From the NCBI RefSeq assembly GCF_004010195.1, contig NC_057718.1, positions 24,957,199 through 25,021,198 on the forward strand: a DNA stretch of 64,000 nt, written 5' to 3'. The stretch comes from Chiloscyllium plagiosum (taxonomy: Eukaryota). A model generated the notes under the pieces. That model saw only the letters and a program-made list of their open reading frames with translations. It did no database searches and was not told the DNA's origin. This document shows positions 52,705-64,000 of the stretch, in pieces. Numbering within the stretch: position 1 is the stretch's first letter; each line of letters starts with the position of its first letter. The position numbers and the translations under genes are program-made.

Positions 52705-54385
52705 AACCTGTGTAATTTTGTCCCATGGAGGGTGGTAGAGGTTGAGTCATTAAGTGTATTCCAAGGGTGAGATAATAGATTTTTAATTAGTAAGGAATTC
52801 AAGGGTTTTGGGGAAAAGGCAAGAAGACAGAATAGAGGATAATGTGACAATGCTGCCCTTTAACAAGGTTATCCTTGGTTGTCCTTGGGTTTTTTTCCCA
52901 AGAGGGGCTGTAAGGCAGAGGTGCCAATTTGTCTGGAAATGATTACTTTGAACAATGGCAGGGGAGTGGCCAGGTCTTCCAGTTCAGTTTTTTTTTCTAG
53001 CTTGGTTTAGCTTTTATCAGGGAGTTGAAAACTATTGAGGACCTAGAGAAGCAGCTACAGTGAAAAGAGGTTCCATGTTTCAACAGAGATCTCGTCTGAA
53101 CCTTCTCTCTGAAATCTCCTGTCTGTAAGAACCTGTGTTTGAATTTACCTTTTGCCAAGGGCTGTGTTGGGATTGGAACAGTTTTGTTAAGTTGTGATAT
53201 GTTGTTTGGGTTGTCAGATAAGTTGTTGTTTCAAATACTGTTTCCTTTCGTTCATGCTTCATCCATTATGTTTAAATAAATTCTGCTTTGTTTAAAGCTA
53301 AGTGGTTTGACCAGCCCCATCATCCCTGGAATATCCACTTTACATCTGTCTGAAAGAAAAATAAAGTTAGGCTCTGGGCTACCTTCTTAAAACGTTTTGA
53401 GGGGATCTGGCCCAGTCCATAACAATTATCAATCAGCCATGATCTCACTGAATACATTGTGTTGTCTCTGGATGTCACTTTCATGTTTCACTGCCATGTG
53501 GTAAGGGTGCACTGAAATGGGAGTCACAAAACTTCCCTTTAGCAACCTGTGTAATTTTGTCCCATGGAGGGTGGTAGAGGTTGAGTCATTAAGTGTATTC
53601 CAAGGGTGAGATAATAGATTTTTAATTAGTAAGGAATTCAAGGGTTTTGGGGAAAAGGCAAGAAGACAGAATAGAGGATAATGTGACAATGCTGCCCTTT
53701 AACAAGGTTATCCTTGGTTGTCCTTGGGTTTTTTTCCCAAGAGGGGCTGTAAGGCAGAGGTGCCAATTTGTCTGGAAATGATTACTTTGAACAATGGCAG
53801 GGGAGTGGCCAGGTCTTCCAGTTCAGTTTTTTTTTCTAGCTTGGTTTAGCTTTTATCAGGGAGTTGAAAACTATTGAGGACCTAGAGAAGCAGCTACAGT
53901 GAAAAGAGGTTCCATGTTTCAACAGAGATCTCGTCTGAACCTTCTCTCTGAAATCTCCTGTCTGTAAGAACCTGTGTTTGAATTTACCTTTTGCCAAGGG
54001 CTGTGTTGGGATTGGAACAGTTTTGTTAAGTTGTGATATCATGTTGTTTGGGTTGTCAGATAAGTTGTTGTTTCAAATACTGTTTCCTTTCGTTCATGCT
54101 TCATCCATTATGTTTAAATAAATTCTGCTTTGTTTAAAGCTAAGTGGTTTGACCAGCCCCATCATCCCTGGAATATCCACTTTACATCTGTCTGAAAGAA
54201 AAATAAAGTTAGGCTCTGGGCTACCTTCTTAAAACGTTTTGAGGGGATCTGGCCCAGTCCATAACAATTATCAATCAGCCATGATCTCACTGAATACATT
54301 GTGTTGTCTCTGGATGTCACTTTCATGTTTCACTGCCATGTGGTAAGGGTGCACTGAAATGGGAGTCACAAAACTTCCCTTTAGC
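52705..54385 (+). repeat. Near-identical tandem duplication (52705-53543, 839 bp; 53544-54385, 842 bp)
   Basis: The copies look identical except for a 3-bp indel (gatatgttg vs gatatcatgttg). Confidence 0.95.
52843..53424 (+). mobile_element. Solo LTR (TGTGA...TAACA) inserted in a CR1 3' end; second copy at 53682-54266
   Basis: TG...CA termini, internal AATAAA, imperfect 4-bp TSD ATAA/ATTA. The CR1 tail resumes after it. Confidence 0.75.
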
Positions 54386-54595
54386 CAATGCAATAAGCAG
54401 CATCTGCATTTTGAATATCAATGTACACAGTTTGAGTCTTATGGCATTTTCTCAAAAATGCAACTTCTCTGCCTCATATTTTTTGTGCCAACATTTATTT
54501 GTTTCCGCTTTTTCTCATTGAATGTTGTTGTCAGCCACTTTTATTGGTCAAATGTGTGCCTTCCATGTTCAATCATATTTTTAGGTGGCTACTTA

Positions 54596-54780
54596 GGGGC
54601 CAGTTAGTTCAATTGGCTGGGTGGCTGGTTTGCGAGGCAGAGAGATGCTAAGAGTGTCGGTTCAATTCCCACACTAGTTGAAGTCACCAGGAAAACTCTT
54701 GCCTCTCAATGGGGCTTGGGGTGTGGTGACCCTCAAGTTAAATTCACCACCAGTCTATTCCCTCTCTCTACTTGGCCTAT
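54596..54780 (+). mobile_element. Old tRNA-derived SINE
   Basis: GGGGCCAGTTAGTTCAATTGG...GGTTCAATTCC (A/B-box-like head). Confidence 0.5.
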
Positions 54781-56679
54781 GCTGACTAACACTTACAAAT
54801 AGCTGTAACAATATAGCATATAACATTGCATGACACCTGTAAAATCCCGCTCATCAATGAAAGTGTTCCCAGTTAGATTTGATGACAGTAAACTCAAATA
54901 TAATATAATTTAATAATAATTTATTAAATAATTTATAAAACATGTAAATTTTAATGTGTAGGACAAAATGTAGAGGATTGATTAATTTATTGCATTCGAG
55001 TCCCACTATTGGCACACTTTACACAGAAAACCCAAGTTACGAACTTCTCTGTGAACTAGTTCAAAACCAATCATTCAGGATATGTGTCCCCATTCCATCT
55101 TTCAATATGTGACAGTACTTATTTGCATCAGCTTTAATCTGCCACGGTTTCTCCCCAGTTCCCAAATCTTACCTTGGTCCCAAACATTTTGTGGGTTGAA
55201 GTTTGAAGTAAATTGAAATGTTTATATGTAAAATAAAATCTCCATTATTGACAATCTTTTTCAGTTGAACGAAAAACAAAAAATTGAACTTGACTTTAAA
55301 ATTCACAGCTCAAAATGCTAGAATGCTGTAAATTATCACAAATTTACTGAGGCTGCTTCAACCCATCTGGCATAAAAACACAAGTGCAGAGAGTGGATAA
55401 ATCAATGATATACTCTGCCAAAGATATATTATGAGTGCATTTGTTTGATACAGTAACTATTAATATTATTTTAAAATGCTGATGAGAGGTTTAAAGTTCT
55501 TATTTATACGTGAAGTATATTGTCCTTAACCATGTACTTGTTTACAAGAGGCAAGAGTGAAAGAGTGTTTGTACTGTTGACAGATGGAGTAAATTACATT
55601 AATTCCATGCGATGAGGGATAACACAATAACAGCCAAAAATAAAAGCTGCATGGTAACTCATTTCAACTTTGGGAAAAATAGCTAACTGCTGTATTGAAA
55701 GAGGAAAGATGATGCACCCGGCAATACAAAGAATATGCTAACATATAGACAACAGAGGAACAAAGTGACCTTAGGGTGCAGCTGCATAGTTTCTTGAGAG
55801 TTGAGTCGTGGGTAGATAGGGCAGCTAAGAAGGTGTTTGGCATACTTGCTTTCATTTCAGTGTTGGAAATGTGTTGCTGGAAAAGCGCAGCAGGTCAGGC
55901 AGCATCCAGGGAACAGGAGAATCGACATTTCGGGCATAAGCCCTTCTTCAGGAATGAGGAAAGTTTGTCCAGCAGGCTAAGATAAAAGGTAGGGAGGACG
56001 GACTTGGGGGAGGGGCGTCGGAAATGTGATAGGTGGAAAGAGGTCAAGGTGAGGGTGATAGGTCAGACTGGGGTGGGGGCGGAGAGGTCGGGAAGAAGAT
56101 TGCAGGTTAGGAAGGCGGTGCTGAATTCGATGGATTTGACTGAGACAAATGACTCAGTTATTAAATGACTTTGAGCTGTTGGAAAACAGCAGTGACAATG
56201 GAGTGAATAACACCGCAGTCTCAAATCACGTTCTGTGGGCATCTGCTGTATTATTTAATGACACTGATCAAAGGCAGGGATTTGCAGAATTGTCATGGGT
56301 TTTTATCTTTCAAAGTCAAACTTTCCAACGCCGCGGAAGACCTAAACATGGAGGAAATTGTCCTTTATCTCAGTGGTAGCACACTTTCCCTGAGACAGCG
56401 GTTAAGAGTTCAAGACCCACTTTAGTACCTGAGCACCTCACACATGTTGACATTTCTCGCTGCACTGTCAGGAGATGTAGAGGAGGCAGGGGCCTTGTGG
56501 TATTATCGCTGCAGTGTTAACCCTGAGACCCTGGTAATGTTCTGGAAACCCAGGTTTGAATTCTGCTATGGCAGATGGTCAAATTTGTATTTAATTAAAA
56601 ACAAAATCTAGGGTTAAGAGTCTAATGATGACCACGAAACTGTTGTTGATTTTCGGAGAAACTCATTTGGTTCTCCTTT

Positions 56680-56955
56680 AGACAATAGACAATAGGTGCA
56701 GGAGTAGGCTATTTTGCCCTTCGAGCCTGCACCGCCATTCAATATGATCGTGGCTGATCATCCTTAATCAGTATCCTGTTCCTGCCTTATCTCCATAACC
56801 CTTGATTCCACTATCCTTGAGAGCTCTATCCAACTCTTTCTTAAATGAATCCAGAGACTGGGCCTCCACTGCCCACTCGGGCAGAGCATTCCACACAGCC
56901 ACCACTCTCTGAGTGAAGACGTTTCTCCTCATCTCTGACCTAAATGGTCTACCCC
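56680..56955 (-). mobile_element. Young CR1 3' end (family of 46048-46325) running into the gap
   Basis: Reverse complement of 46052-46320 with a (tattgtc)n tail. Confidence 0.85.
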
Positions 56956-57575
56956 NNNNNNNNNNNNNNNNNNNNNNNNNNNNNNNNNNNNNNNNNNNNN
57001 NNNNNNNNNNNNNNNNNNNNNNNNNNNNNNNNNNNNNNNNNNNNNNNNNNNNNNNNNNNNNNNNNNNNNNNNNNNNNNNNNNNNNNNNNNNNNNNNNNNN
57101 NNNNNNNNNNNNNNNNNNNNNNNNNNNNNNNNNNNNNNNNNNNNNNNNNNNNNNNNNNNNNNNNNNNNNNNNNNNNNNNNNNNNNNNNNNNNNNNNNNNN
57201 NNNNNNNNNNNNNNNNNNNNNNNNNNNNNNNNNNNNNNNNNNNNNNNNNNNNNNNNNNNNNNNNNNNNNNNNNNNNNNNNNNNNNNNNNNNNNNNNNNNN
57301 NNNNNNNNNNNNNNNNNNNNNNNNNNNNNNNNNNNNNNNNNNNNNNNNNNNNNNNNNNNNNNNNNNNNNNNNNNNNNNNNNNNNNNNNNNNNNNNNNNNN
57401 NNNNNNNNNNNNNNNNNNNNNNNNNNNNNNNNNNNNNNNNNNNNNNNNNNNNNNNNNNNNNNNNNNNNNNNNNNNNNNNNNNNNNNNNNNNNNNNNNNNN
57501 NNNNNNNNNNNNNNNNNNNNNNNNNNNNNNNNNNNNNNNNNNNNNNNNNNNNNNNNNNNNNNNNNNNNNNNNNNN
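56956..57575. other. Assembly gap (620 N)
   Basis: Run of N. Confidence 1.
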
Positions 57576-57872
57576 ACGACGGTTGGAGGAAGAGCGCCTT
57601 ATCTTCCACCTAGGAACCGTCCAACCACAAGGGATGAACTCGGATTTCACCAGTTTCCTCATTCTCCCTCCCCCCACCTTGTCTCAGTCAAATCCATCGA
57701 ACTCAGCACTGCCTTCCTAACCTGCAATCTTCTTCCCGCCCTCTCCGCCCCCACCCCAGTCTGACCTATCACCCTCACCTTGACCTCTTTCCACCTATCA
57801 CATTTCCGACGCCCCTCCCCCAAGTCCGTCCTCCCTACCTTTTATCTTAGCCTGCTGGACAAACTTTCCTCA

Positions 57873-57905
57873 TTCCTGAAGAAGGGCTTATGCCCGAAAC
57901 GTCGA
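57873..57905 (+). ncRNA. Minimal hammerhead ribozyme motif
   Basis: TTC-CTGAAGA-A-GGGC(TTAT)GCCC-GAAA-CG-TC-GA. The core is intact but stem I is very short. Confidence 0.75.
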
Positions 57906-58611
57906 TTCTCCTGTTCCCTGGATGCTGCCTGACCTGCTGCGCTTTTCCAGCAACACATTTCCAGCTCTGATCTCCAGCATCTGCAGACCTCACTTTCTCC
58001 TCAAAGATTTCATTTCAGTGTATTGAGTATTGGAGCTGGGAGGTCATGTTGCGGCTGTACAAGATGTTGGTTAGGCCAGTTTTAGAATACAACATTAAAT
58101 TCTTATCTCCCTGCTATAGGAAAGATGTTGTTAAACTTGAAAGGGTTCAGAAAAGATTTACAAGGATGTTGCAGAGATTGGAGTGTTTGAACTATAGGGA
58201 GAGGCTGAATAGGCTGGAGCTTTTTTCCCTGGAGCATCAGAGACTCAGGGGTGACCATGTAGAGATTTATAAAATTATGAGGGGCATCAATATGGTGAAT
58301 AGGCAAAGTCTTTTCCCCAGGGGAGGGGTTCCAAAACTAGAGGGCGTAAGTTTAACTGAGGGAGGAAAGATTTGGAAGGATCTGAGGGGCAATGTTTTCA
58401 TTCAGAGGAAATGAACTGCCAAAGGAAATGGTGGAGGCTGGTACAATTACAACATTTAAAAGGCATCTGGATGGGTACGTGAATAGGAAAGGTTTACAGG
58501 TATATGGACCAAATGCTGGCAAATGGGACTAGATCAGCTTAGGATATCTGGTTGGTGCAGACAAATTGGACCCAAGTGTCTAATTCTGTGATGTATAACT
58601 CTATAATTCTA

Positions 58612-59430
58612 TGGCAGGAGTATGTCATTCAGCCCATTAAACCTGCTCCGCCATTCACCACTATCATGGCTGATTGAATACTTCAATGCCTTTTACCCAT
58701 CCAATCCCCATAACTCTCCACCCCACTGGCTATCAGAAATCTATTAATCTCTACTTTAAACATACTTGAGACTCCATAGCCCTCTGTAGTAGAGTATTTC
58801 AAATGTTTACAAACCTTTGAGTAAAAACAAACTCTTTATCTTGGTCCTAGGTGGCATCCTCTTCCTTTGTAAATTGCACTGTCTGATTCTAGACTCCCCA
58901 GACAGGGACAGCATCTTGCCTGCATTTATCCTGTCTATCCTTTCAAGTATTTTGTAAGTTTCAATGAGGTCACCTCTCATTCTTCAAAACGCAGAGAATA
59001 CAGGCCATGTTTGGCTTATCTCTTTTCATAGAGTAGTTACACCGTCTCAGGAACATATTTGAAGCACTTTTTCTTGTGCCTGAGATAAGGAGACCAAAAC
59101 TGCAGACACAATCTAACTAGGGTACAATCTAACTAGGTTCGTATACAACTGAAGCAACCCTTACATATGAAGCAACCCTTCACTACTCCTGTACTCAAAT
59201 GCTTTTTCAATAAAGGCAACATCCAATTAACCCCCCCCCCCCCCCCCCCCCCCCGCCGCCCTACCCCACCACCACCACTTTTTGTTTGCTGTACCTGCAT
59301 ATTAATCTTCAATGACTTATCACAAGAACACCCAGCTTGTTTTGTAAATCTACACTTTCCAGCCTCTTTCCAACCATCTAAAAAATACTCGGCACATCTG
59401 GTTCTCCTATAAAAGTAGAAAACCTGACTT
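58612..59430 (-). mobile_element. Decayed CR1-like LINE 3' fragment containing a poly-C tract (~59231-59253)
   Basis: CR1 3' UTR and ORF2 remnants on the minus strand. Confidence 0.7.
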
Positions 59431-60499
59431 TTTTTTACAAGATTGTCAACTGAAAAAAGAACTGTAAATTTTTTCCCAACAAGAGATTTCATATCAAAAC
59501 CGCAGAAAAATTCTTGCATGTAACTGATTTGAATTTTGGTAACAGACTTCATCACGTCATTCGATCTGAAAAGGACAGTCAACACATGACATGAATCGAA
59601 CAATGACTTTAGCTGATCCAGTGCTTTGGATAATCTGTTACAAGTATTGAAAATACACATACAAAGACTTCCTAAGTGATATGAAGTCAAAAAGCAAGTG
59701 GTGAAGCTGCACAGGTAATTATTGGAGGCTGTTCTTAACTGTCAGGCATAATAATTCATTGATAGATCTGCGATGATGTATGGCAACAAGAACACCAGTA
59801 ACACCCACTTTCAGCTGCATTGGATTTTTATCTGCTATCAACTTCAAAATAAACCACGTAAACTGAGTTAATTTGAAATGATTGAGTTTTGCCATCCTGA
59901 TGACTGAAATGAAGTCCCTTACCTAACAGTAAAAAATGAAAAATGATAAGCTGACAGATTCAGGGCATAATGCAATGGAAGTTCATATAATGAAAATGTA
60001 CTGTGTATTCAAGTTCTCATTTCTTGTAAAGAAGCAGTACTATCGACCGCAAAAGGCTGTCAAAAGATAGTGTCAAAAAAGGAAATAAATATGCCAAAGT
60101 GTCAAGAACATCAGAGAAATGGGAGAGCATTGCAACTAGGAAATAATCTCTCACAATCAAGTCTATATAACCAAAGCATTCAAGCACCAGATTGGGGATG
60201 ACAGAACCTCAATATGAGAATTCACTGCAAAATAAATATTTTCTGTTATCTGCAAATAAATATCAGTACAACAATATCTGTGATTGTCCCTATTGTGAAT
60301 GCCAGCAATATTTAGTAAAATCTTATAAATGCATGGGTGTGAAACCTTGTGTCCATTATCATTTGATGGATAAAATAGTAGATTAAGTGTCTGGTAAAAC
60401 ACAATATTTAACATTGATATTGACTTTATAATGTTGTAAATTGATTTAAGAAAACTGAAGAGTAGTGAACTTCTTCAGCAACTGTATTACATTTCAGGT

Positions 60500-61150
60500 A
60501 TGTGAGGAAACTGTCCAATGGCCAGAACCTTAACTGACCAATCACATGAATGCACTGACTCCAATAACAGGACCAAGGCTAGATATTCTGAGCCAAATAA
60601 CTTACTTCTTGACTACTCAAAATCTGTCCACCATCTGCAAGACACAAATCAGGAATGTGATAGAAAGCTCTCCACTTACTTGGATGGATATGGCTGCAAC
60701 AACTTTCATGAAGTTTAATATCAAATTAGCAGATCAGCCCACCTGATCGGTACGTCATCCACCACCTTGAGCATTCACTCTTTCCACCAGGGTGGGAGCA
60801 GTACCATCAACTCGATACACTACAGCAATTCACTAAACTTTCTTCAAACATCCGAACCTGTGACCTGTACCATCTGGAGAATGTAAACAGCAGCCACATG
60901 GAAAAATCTCTGCCTTCAAATTCTCCTCGAAGCCACACACCATGCTGATTTGGAACTATTTCACCATTCCTTCACTGTTGCTGAACTGATAACTTGAATT
61001 GTCTCCCTGACAGCGCTGTGAAAGCAACTACAGCACGTGGATTACAGTAGTTCAACAGGGCAGCTAATCAGCATCTTCTCAAAACTAATTAGGGATAAGC
61101 AATGAAATGCTTGCCTTGACATTGATGCCAAAATGATATGAACAAATTAA
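60500..61150 (+). mobile_element. L2/CR1-group LINE 3' fragment
   Basis: LSTICKTQIRNVIESSPLTWM; same family as 23080-23620. Confidence 0.65.
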
Positions 61151-61369
61151 AATTCCTCCATGTGCTCTGCTGCACATTGGGGTATCAAACAGTCAAGTAC
61201 CTATCCATTGTAGCTTATGTTTTTTTTCTCTAATCCGTGATATAAAGTATGAATATTTACTTCCACAGTTGTTTCTTCTTCAAGTTTTACCCATGGTAAT
61301 TGACTGAGAGAATAAAAAAGGCAAATGGCCAAGGCAGAGATGCAGGAAACACCACTACTGTGAAGGGTA

Positions 61370-62090
61370 TAAGAAAAAAGATTATTATCTCAACAGTGGC
61401 ACTTTAAGAAAAGGTGAGGTGCAACGAGACGTGGGTGTCATAGTGGAACATTGCTCAAGACTGGCATACAGGTGCAGCAGATGGTGAGGAAAGCTAATGG
61501 CATGCTGGCCTTCAAAGTGAGAGGATTTGAGTATGGGAGTACAGATGTCTTACTGCAGTTATCGTGGGCTTTGTTGAGGTGCACCTTGAGTATTGTGTGC
61601 ACTTTTGGTCTCCTAGTCTGAGTAAGGACATTCTTGCTATTAGGGAGTCCAGTGAAGGTTCACCAGACTGATTCCTGGGATGGCAGGACAGAGAAGAAAG
61701 ATTAGATCAACTGGCCTTATACTCACTGGAACGTAGAAGAATGAGAGGGGATCTCATAGATTCATATAAAATCCTAATGGAACTGGACAGGCTAGATGTG
61801 GGAAGAATGTTACAAATTTTGGGAAGTCCAGAACGAGGGTCACATAGGGAATAAGGGGTAAGTTATTCAGGTCTGAGATAAAGAAGAATTTCTTCGCACA
61901 GAGAGTTGTGAACCAGTGGAATTCTCTACCACAGGAAACTGTTGGGGCCAGTTTGATAGATGTACTCAAGCTGGGGCTGAACATGGCCCCTATAGCTAAA
62001 GGGATCAATGAGTATGGAGAGAAAGCATGACTGGGATATTGAAATTGATCAGCTGAATGGCTCACTCCTGCACCTATTGTCTATGTTTCT
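61370..62090 (+). mobile_element. CR1-like LINE 3' fragment
   Basis: gagtattgtgtgcacttttggtctcc and aatttcttcgcacagagagttgtgaac motifs. Confidence 0.85.
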
Positions 62091-63354
62091 AAAAGTTGAG
62101 GTCAGCCATTTTAGTGTGCTTAGATCTGCAATAACCATCGGTTACGATGTGACTTTGCAATATATCTTGAGGAAACAGGAGAAAGGTGAATCAGAAATGT
62201 GATTTGGAAACACAGAAAGGATATGATGGGAGCATTCAGTGAAGAACTGACACCAACAGTTTCAGTAAAACGAGGCAGGAGAGAGAGCACAAAGGGAGAC
62301 AATGGTTGCTGCCTAGTGAAAGAACGGCCTGTTTGACAAGAAGCTTTTACCTGTATCATCTGGAGAATTAGGATAATTATTTTTTTCACATGAATGATAT
62401 CTATCAGCAAATGCAGAGGACCTGGTATAGTAAAGCAGCTACTTAGAGTTACTTTTTTAATAATTTGTTAGTTTAAATGTGACATTTATCACCATACGTA
62501 AGAGGAACAATAGGTGGCCTACTAAAGTAGTAATTTCTGCTAGTTAGTAACACATGTCAACTATTTTCCACAAAAATCAATAATTAACACAATGAGCAAT
62601 TCTCTTGTGCTGAGCACATGAAATAAAGATAACTAATATTTTTCTCCATCATCGCAAGTTTGGATTTTAACTACTTAATGATCCTGCATTCAATCTTTAA
62701 ATATGGTTAGGATGCTACTATATTTTTTCACTTTAGGTTCTTTTCCCGATTGTTAAGCCTCAGTTCTTTGTTTTAGATGGCACACATTATTTCCTAATAT
62801 ATTGGTCACATGCTCAGAAACAGACTGGATACCTCATAAACAAGCAGCTTTTGGTCTCTGTCCTGCAGTCCACAACAGCTGTCCTAAGAGGATATTCCTG
62901 CTGATTCATTTTCTATTTAATTAAAATCTGTGCTGGGGGTTTTGGGGAAGTTGTGCAGTAAAACATAATTTGTAGCTGGAGTAAGAGAAATATTCTCACA
63001 TGCAAATTGAAAATAAATCAGCTAAGTAGAGAAACTAATTCCAAATGCTTAAAAGTAGAAGTATCTATTTCATCTTAAAATTCTCACATAGAATTTGATA
63101 CTCTGGTAGACTTTTGCAGGGAATCAGTTGTATTTGTTCATGATGATTCCAGTGATTTATGTGGGTGCATGGAGGAATACCACATCTGATCATTGGAACG
63201 ATTGTAAGTTGTTTAAAAAAAAACTGACAAGTGGAACAAGTTGTGGGCTTGGTTTTTGACCTCTGTTGGTGATAATTAAGATTGAGTTTATTCCTGTACT
63301 TATGGGAATGATTTAACATCAATGAGGAGCTAGAACTTTGTCCAGTCCAAAGTC

Positions 63355-64000
63355 ACAGAGTCACAGAAATGTTAAGGTGCAGATGGAGGCCATTTGGCTT
63401 ATCGTGCTCACATCAGCTCATTAAATGATCATCATTACCAATCTGCAGCTTTTTCTCCAATTCCCTTGCAAATTACTTTCAGTCCAATAATCATCCAATG
63501 CCCTCTTCAATGCCTCAAAAAATCGCGCCTCCACCATACTTCCTGGCAGCACATTCCATACCCATCTACTCACTGAGTGAAAATGTCTTTCCTCATTACA
63601 CCCTTGCTACTTTTGCACATCATTTTAAATTTGTGTCTTCTTGTTGCTACTTTTGTGAGCAGGAACAACTTTCCCTATCTACTCTCACTTATGATTTTGC
63701 AAACCTCTATCAGACCTCCTCTTAGCCATCTTCTCTACAAGGAGAGCTGACCCAAGTTCCTTAATCTATCCTCATAACTGAAGTTCATAATTGCTGGAAC
63801 CATTCTTGTCAATCAATTCTGCACTCTCTCCAATGCATTCATCTCCTTCCAATACTTTGGTTTCCAGACCTGTGTATAATACTCAAGCTGTGGCCTAATC
63901 AGTATCTTATACAAGTTCAACATTATGTCCTTGCCCTTGTACTCCATGTTCCTACTAATAAAGCTGAAGACACTTTGCTTTATTGATTGCTGCTTCTACA
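63355..64000 (-). mobile_element. Decayed CR1-like LINE 3' fragment
   Basis: CR1 3' UTR and ORF2 remnants on the minus strand, running off the window end. Confidence 0.7.

Larger units (their letters stand above)
55864..58007. mobile_element. Young fold-back Penelope-like insertion (arms ~55864-56147 and 57576-58007) with hammerheads
   Basis: ~280-bp near-perfect inverted repeat. 14-bp TSD TTTCATTTCAGTGT at 55850-55863 and 58008-58021. EN C-terminal peptide RRLEEERLIFHLGTVQPQGMN. Hammerheads at 57873-57905 (+) and 55922-55954 (-). Confidence 0.85.
55740..58610 (+). mobile_element. CR1-like LINE split by the Penelope-like insertion at 55864-58007
   Basis: KVFGILAFIS before the insertion and [31 protein letters not shown] after it. 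Confidence 0.85.

Noticed and set aside
56913..57764. Long ORFs spanning X residues
   Set aside because: Artefacts of the N gap.
59133..59690. 185-aa ORF with a Gly run / Pro run
   Set aside because: Produced by a poly-C tract inside a decayed CR1.
1..64000. CRISPR arrays, operons or other prokaryotic systems
   Set aside because: The sequence is vertebrate intronic/intergenic DNA, and no repeat-spacer array was seen.

Overview
Repeat-rich, AT-rich vertebrate DNA. The HE1-type SINEs, CR1/HER1-like LINEs and Penelope-like elements point to a cartilaginous fish (shark); this is inference. The only host gene I can support is RGS7 on the minus strand. Its first coding exon (32765-32848) encodes MAQGNSYGQNASNNGMADESPNMLVYRK and is missed by the ORF track. 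It lies in a CpG island (~32.2-34.4 kb) with a near-perfect REST/NRSF RE1 site at 33439-33459. Positions 1-32764 are therefore part of a very large RGS7 intron, and ~34.4-64 kb is upstream intergenic DNA. Most of the rest is decayed transposons: a Mag-like Gypsy element with a 5-bp TSD, solo LTRs, CR1, Rex1/Babar and L2-like LINE fragments, and SINEs. The most notable signal is about 15 minimal hammerhead-ribozyme motifs (CTGAnGA-stem II-GAAA-palindrome-TH) carried by at least four Penelope-like families. Most sit in short fold-back insertions flanked by 7-16 bp target-site duplications, and one has an internally deleted, retrozyme-like architecture. There are also two near-perfect tandem duplications (111 bp and ~840 bp) and a 620-N gap. 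Boundaries of old repeats are approximate.
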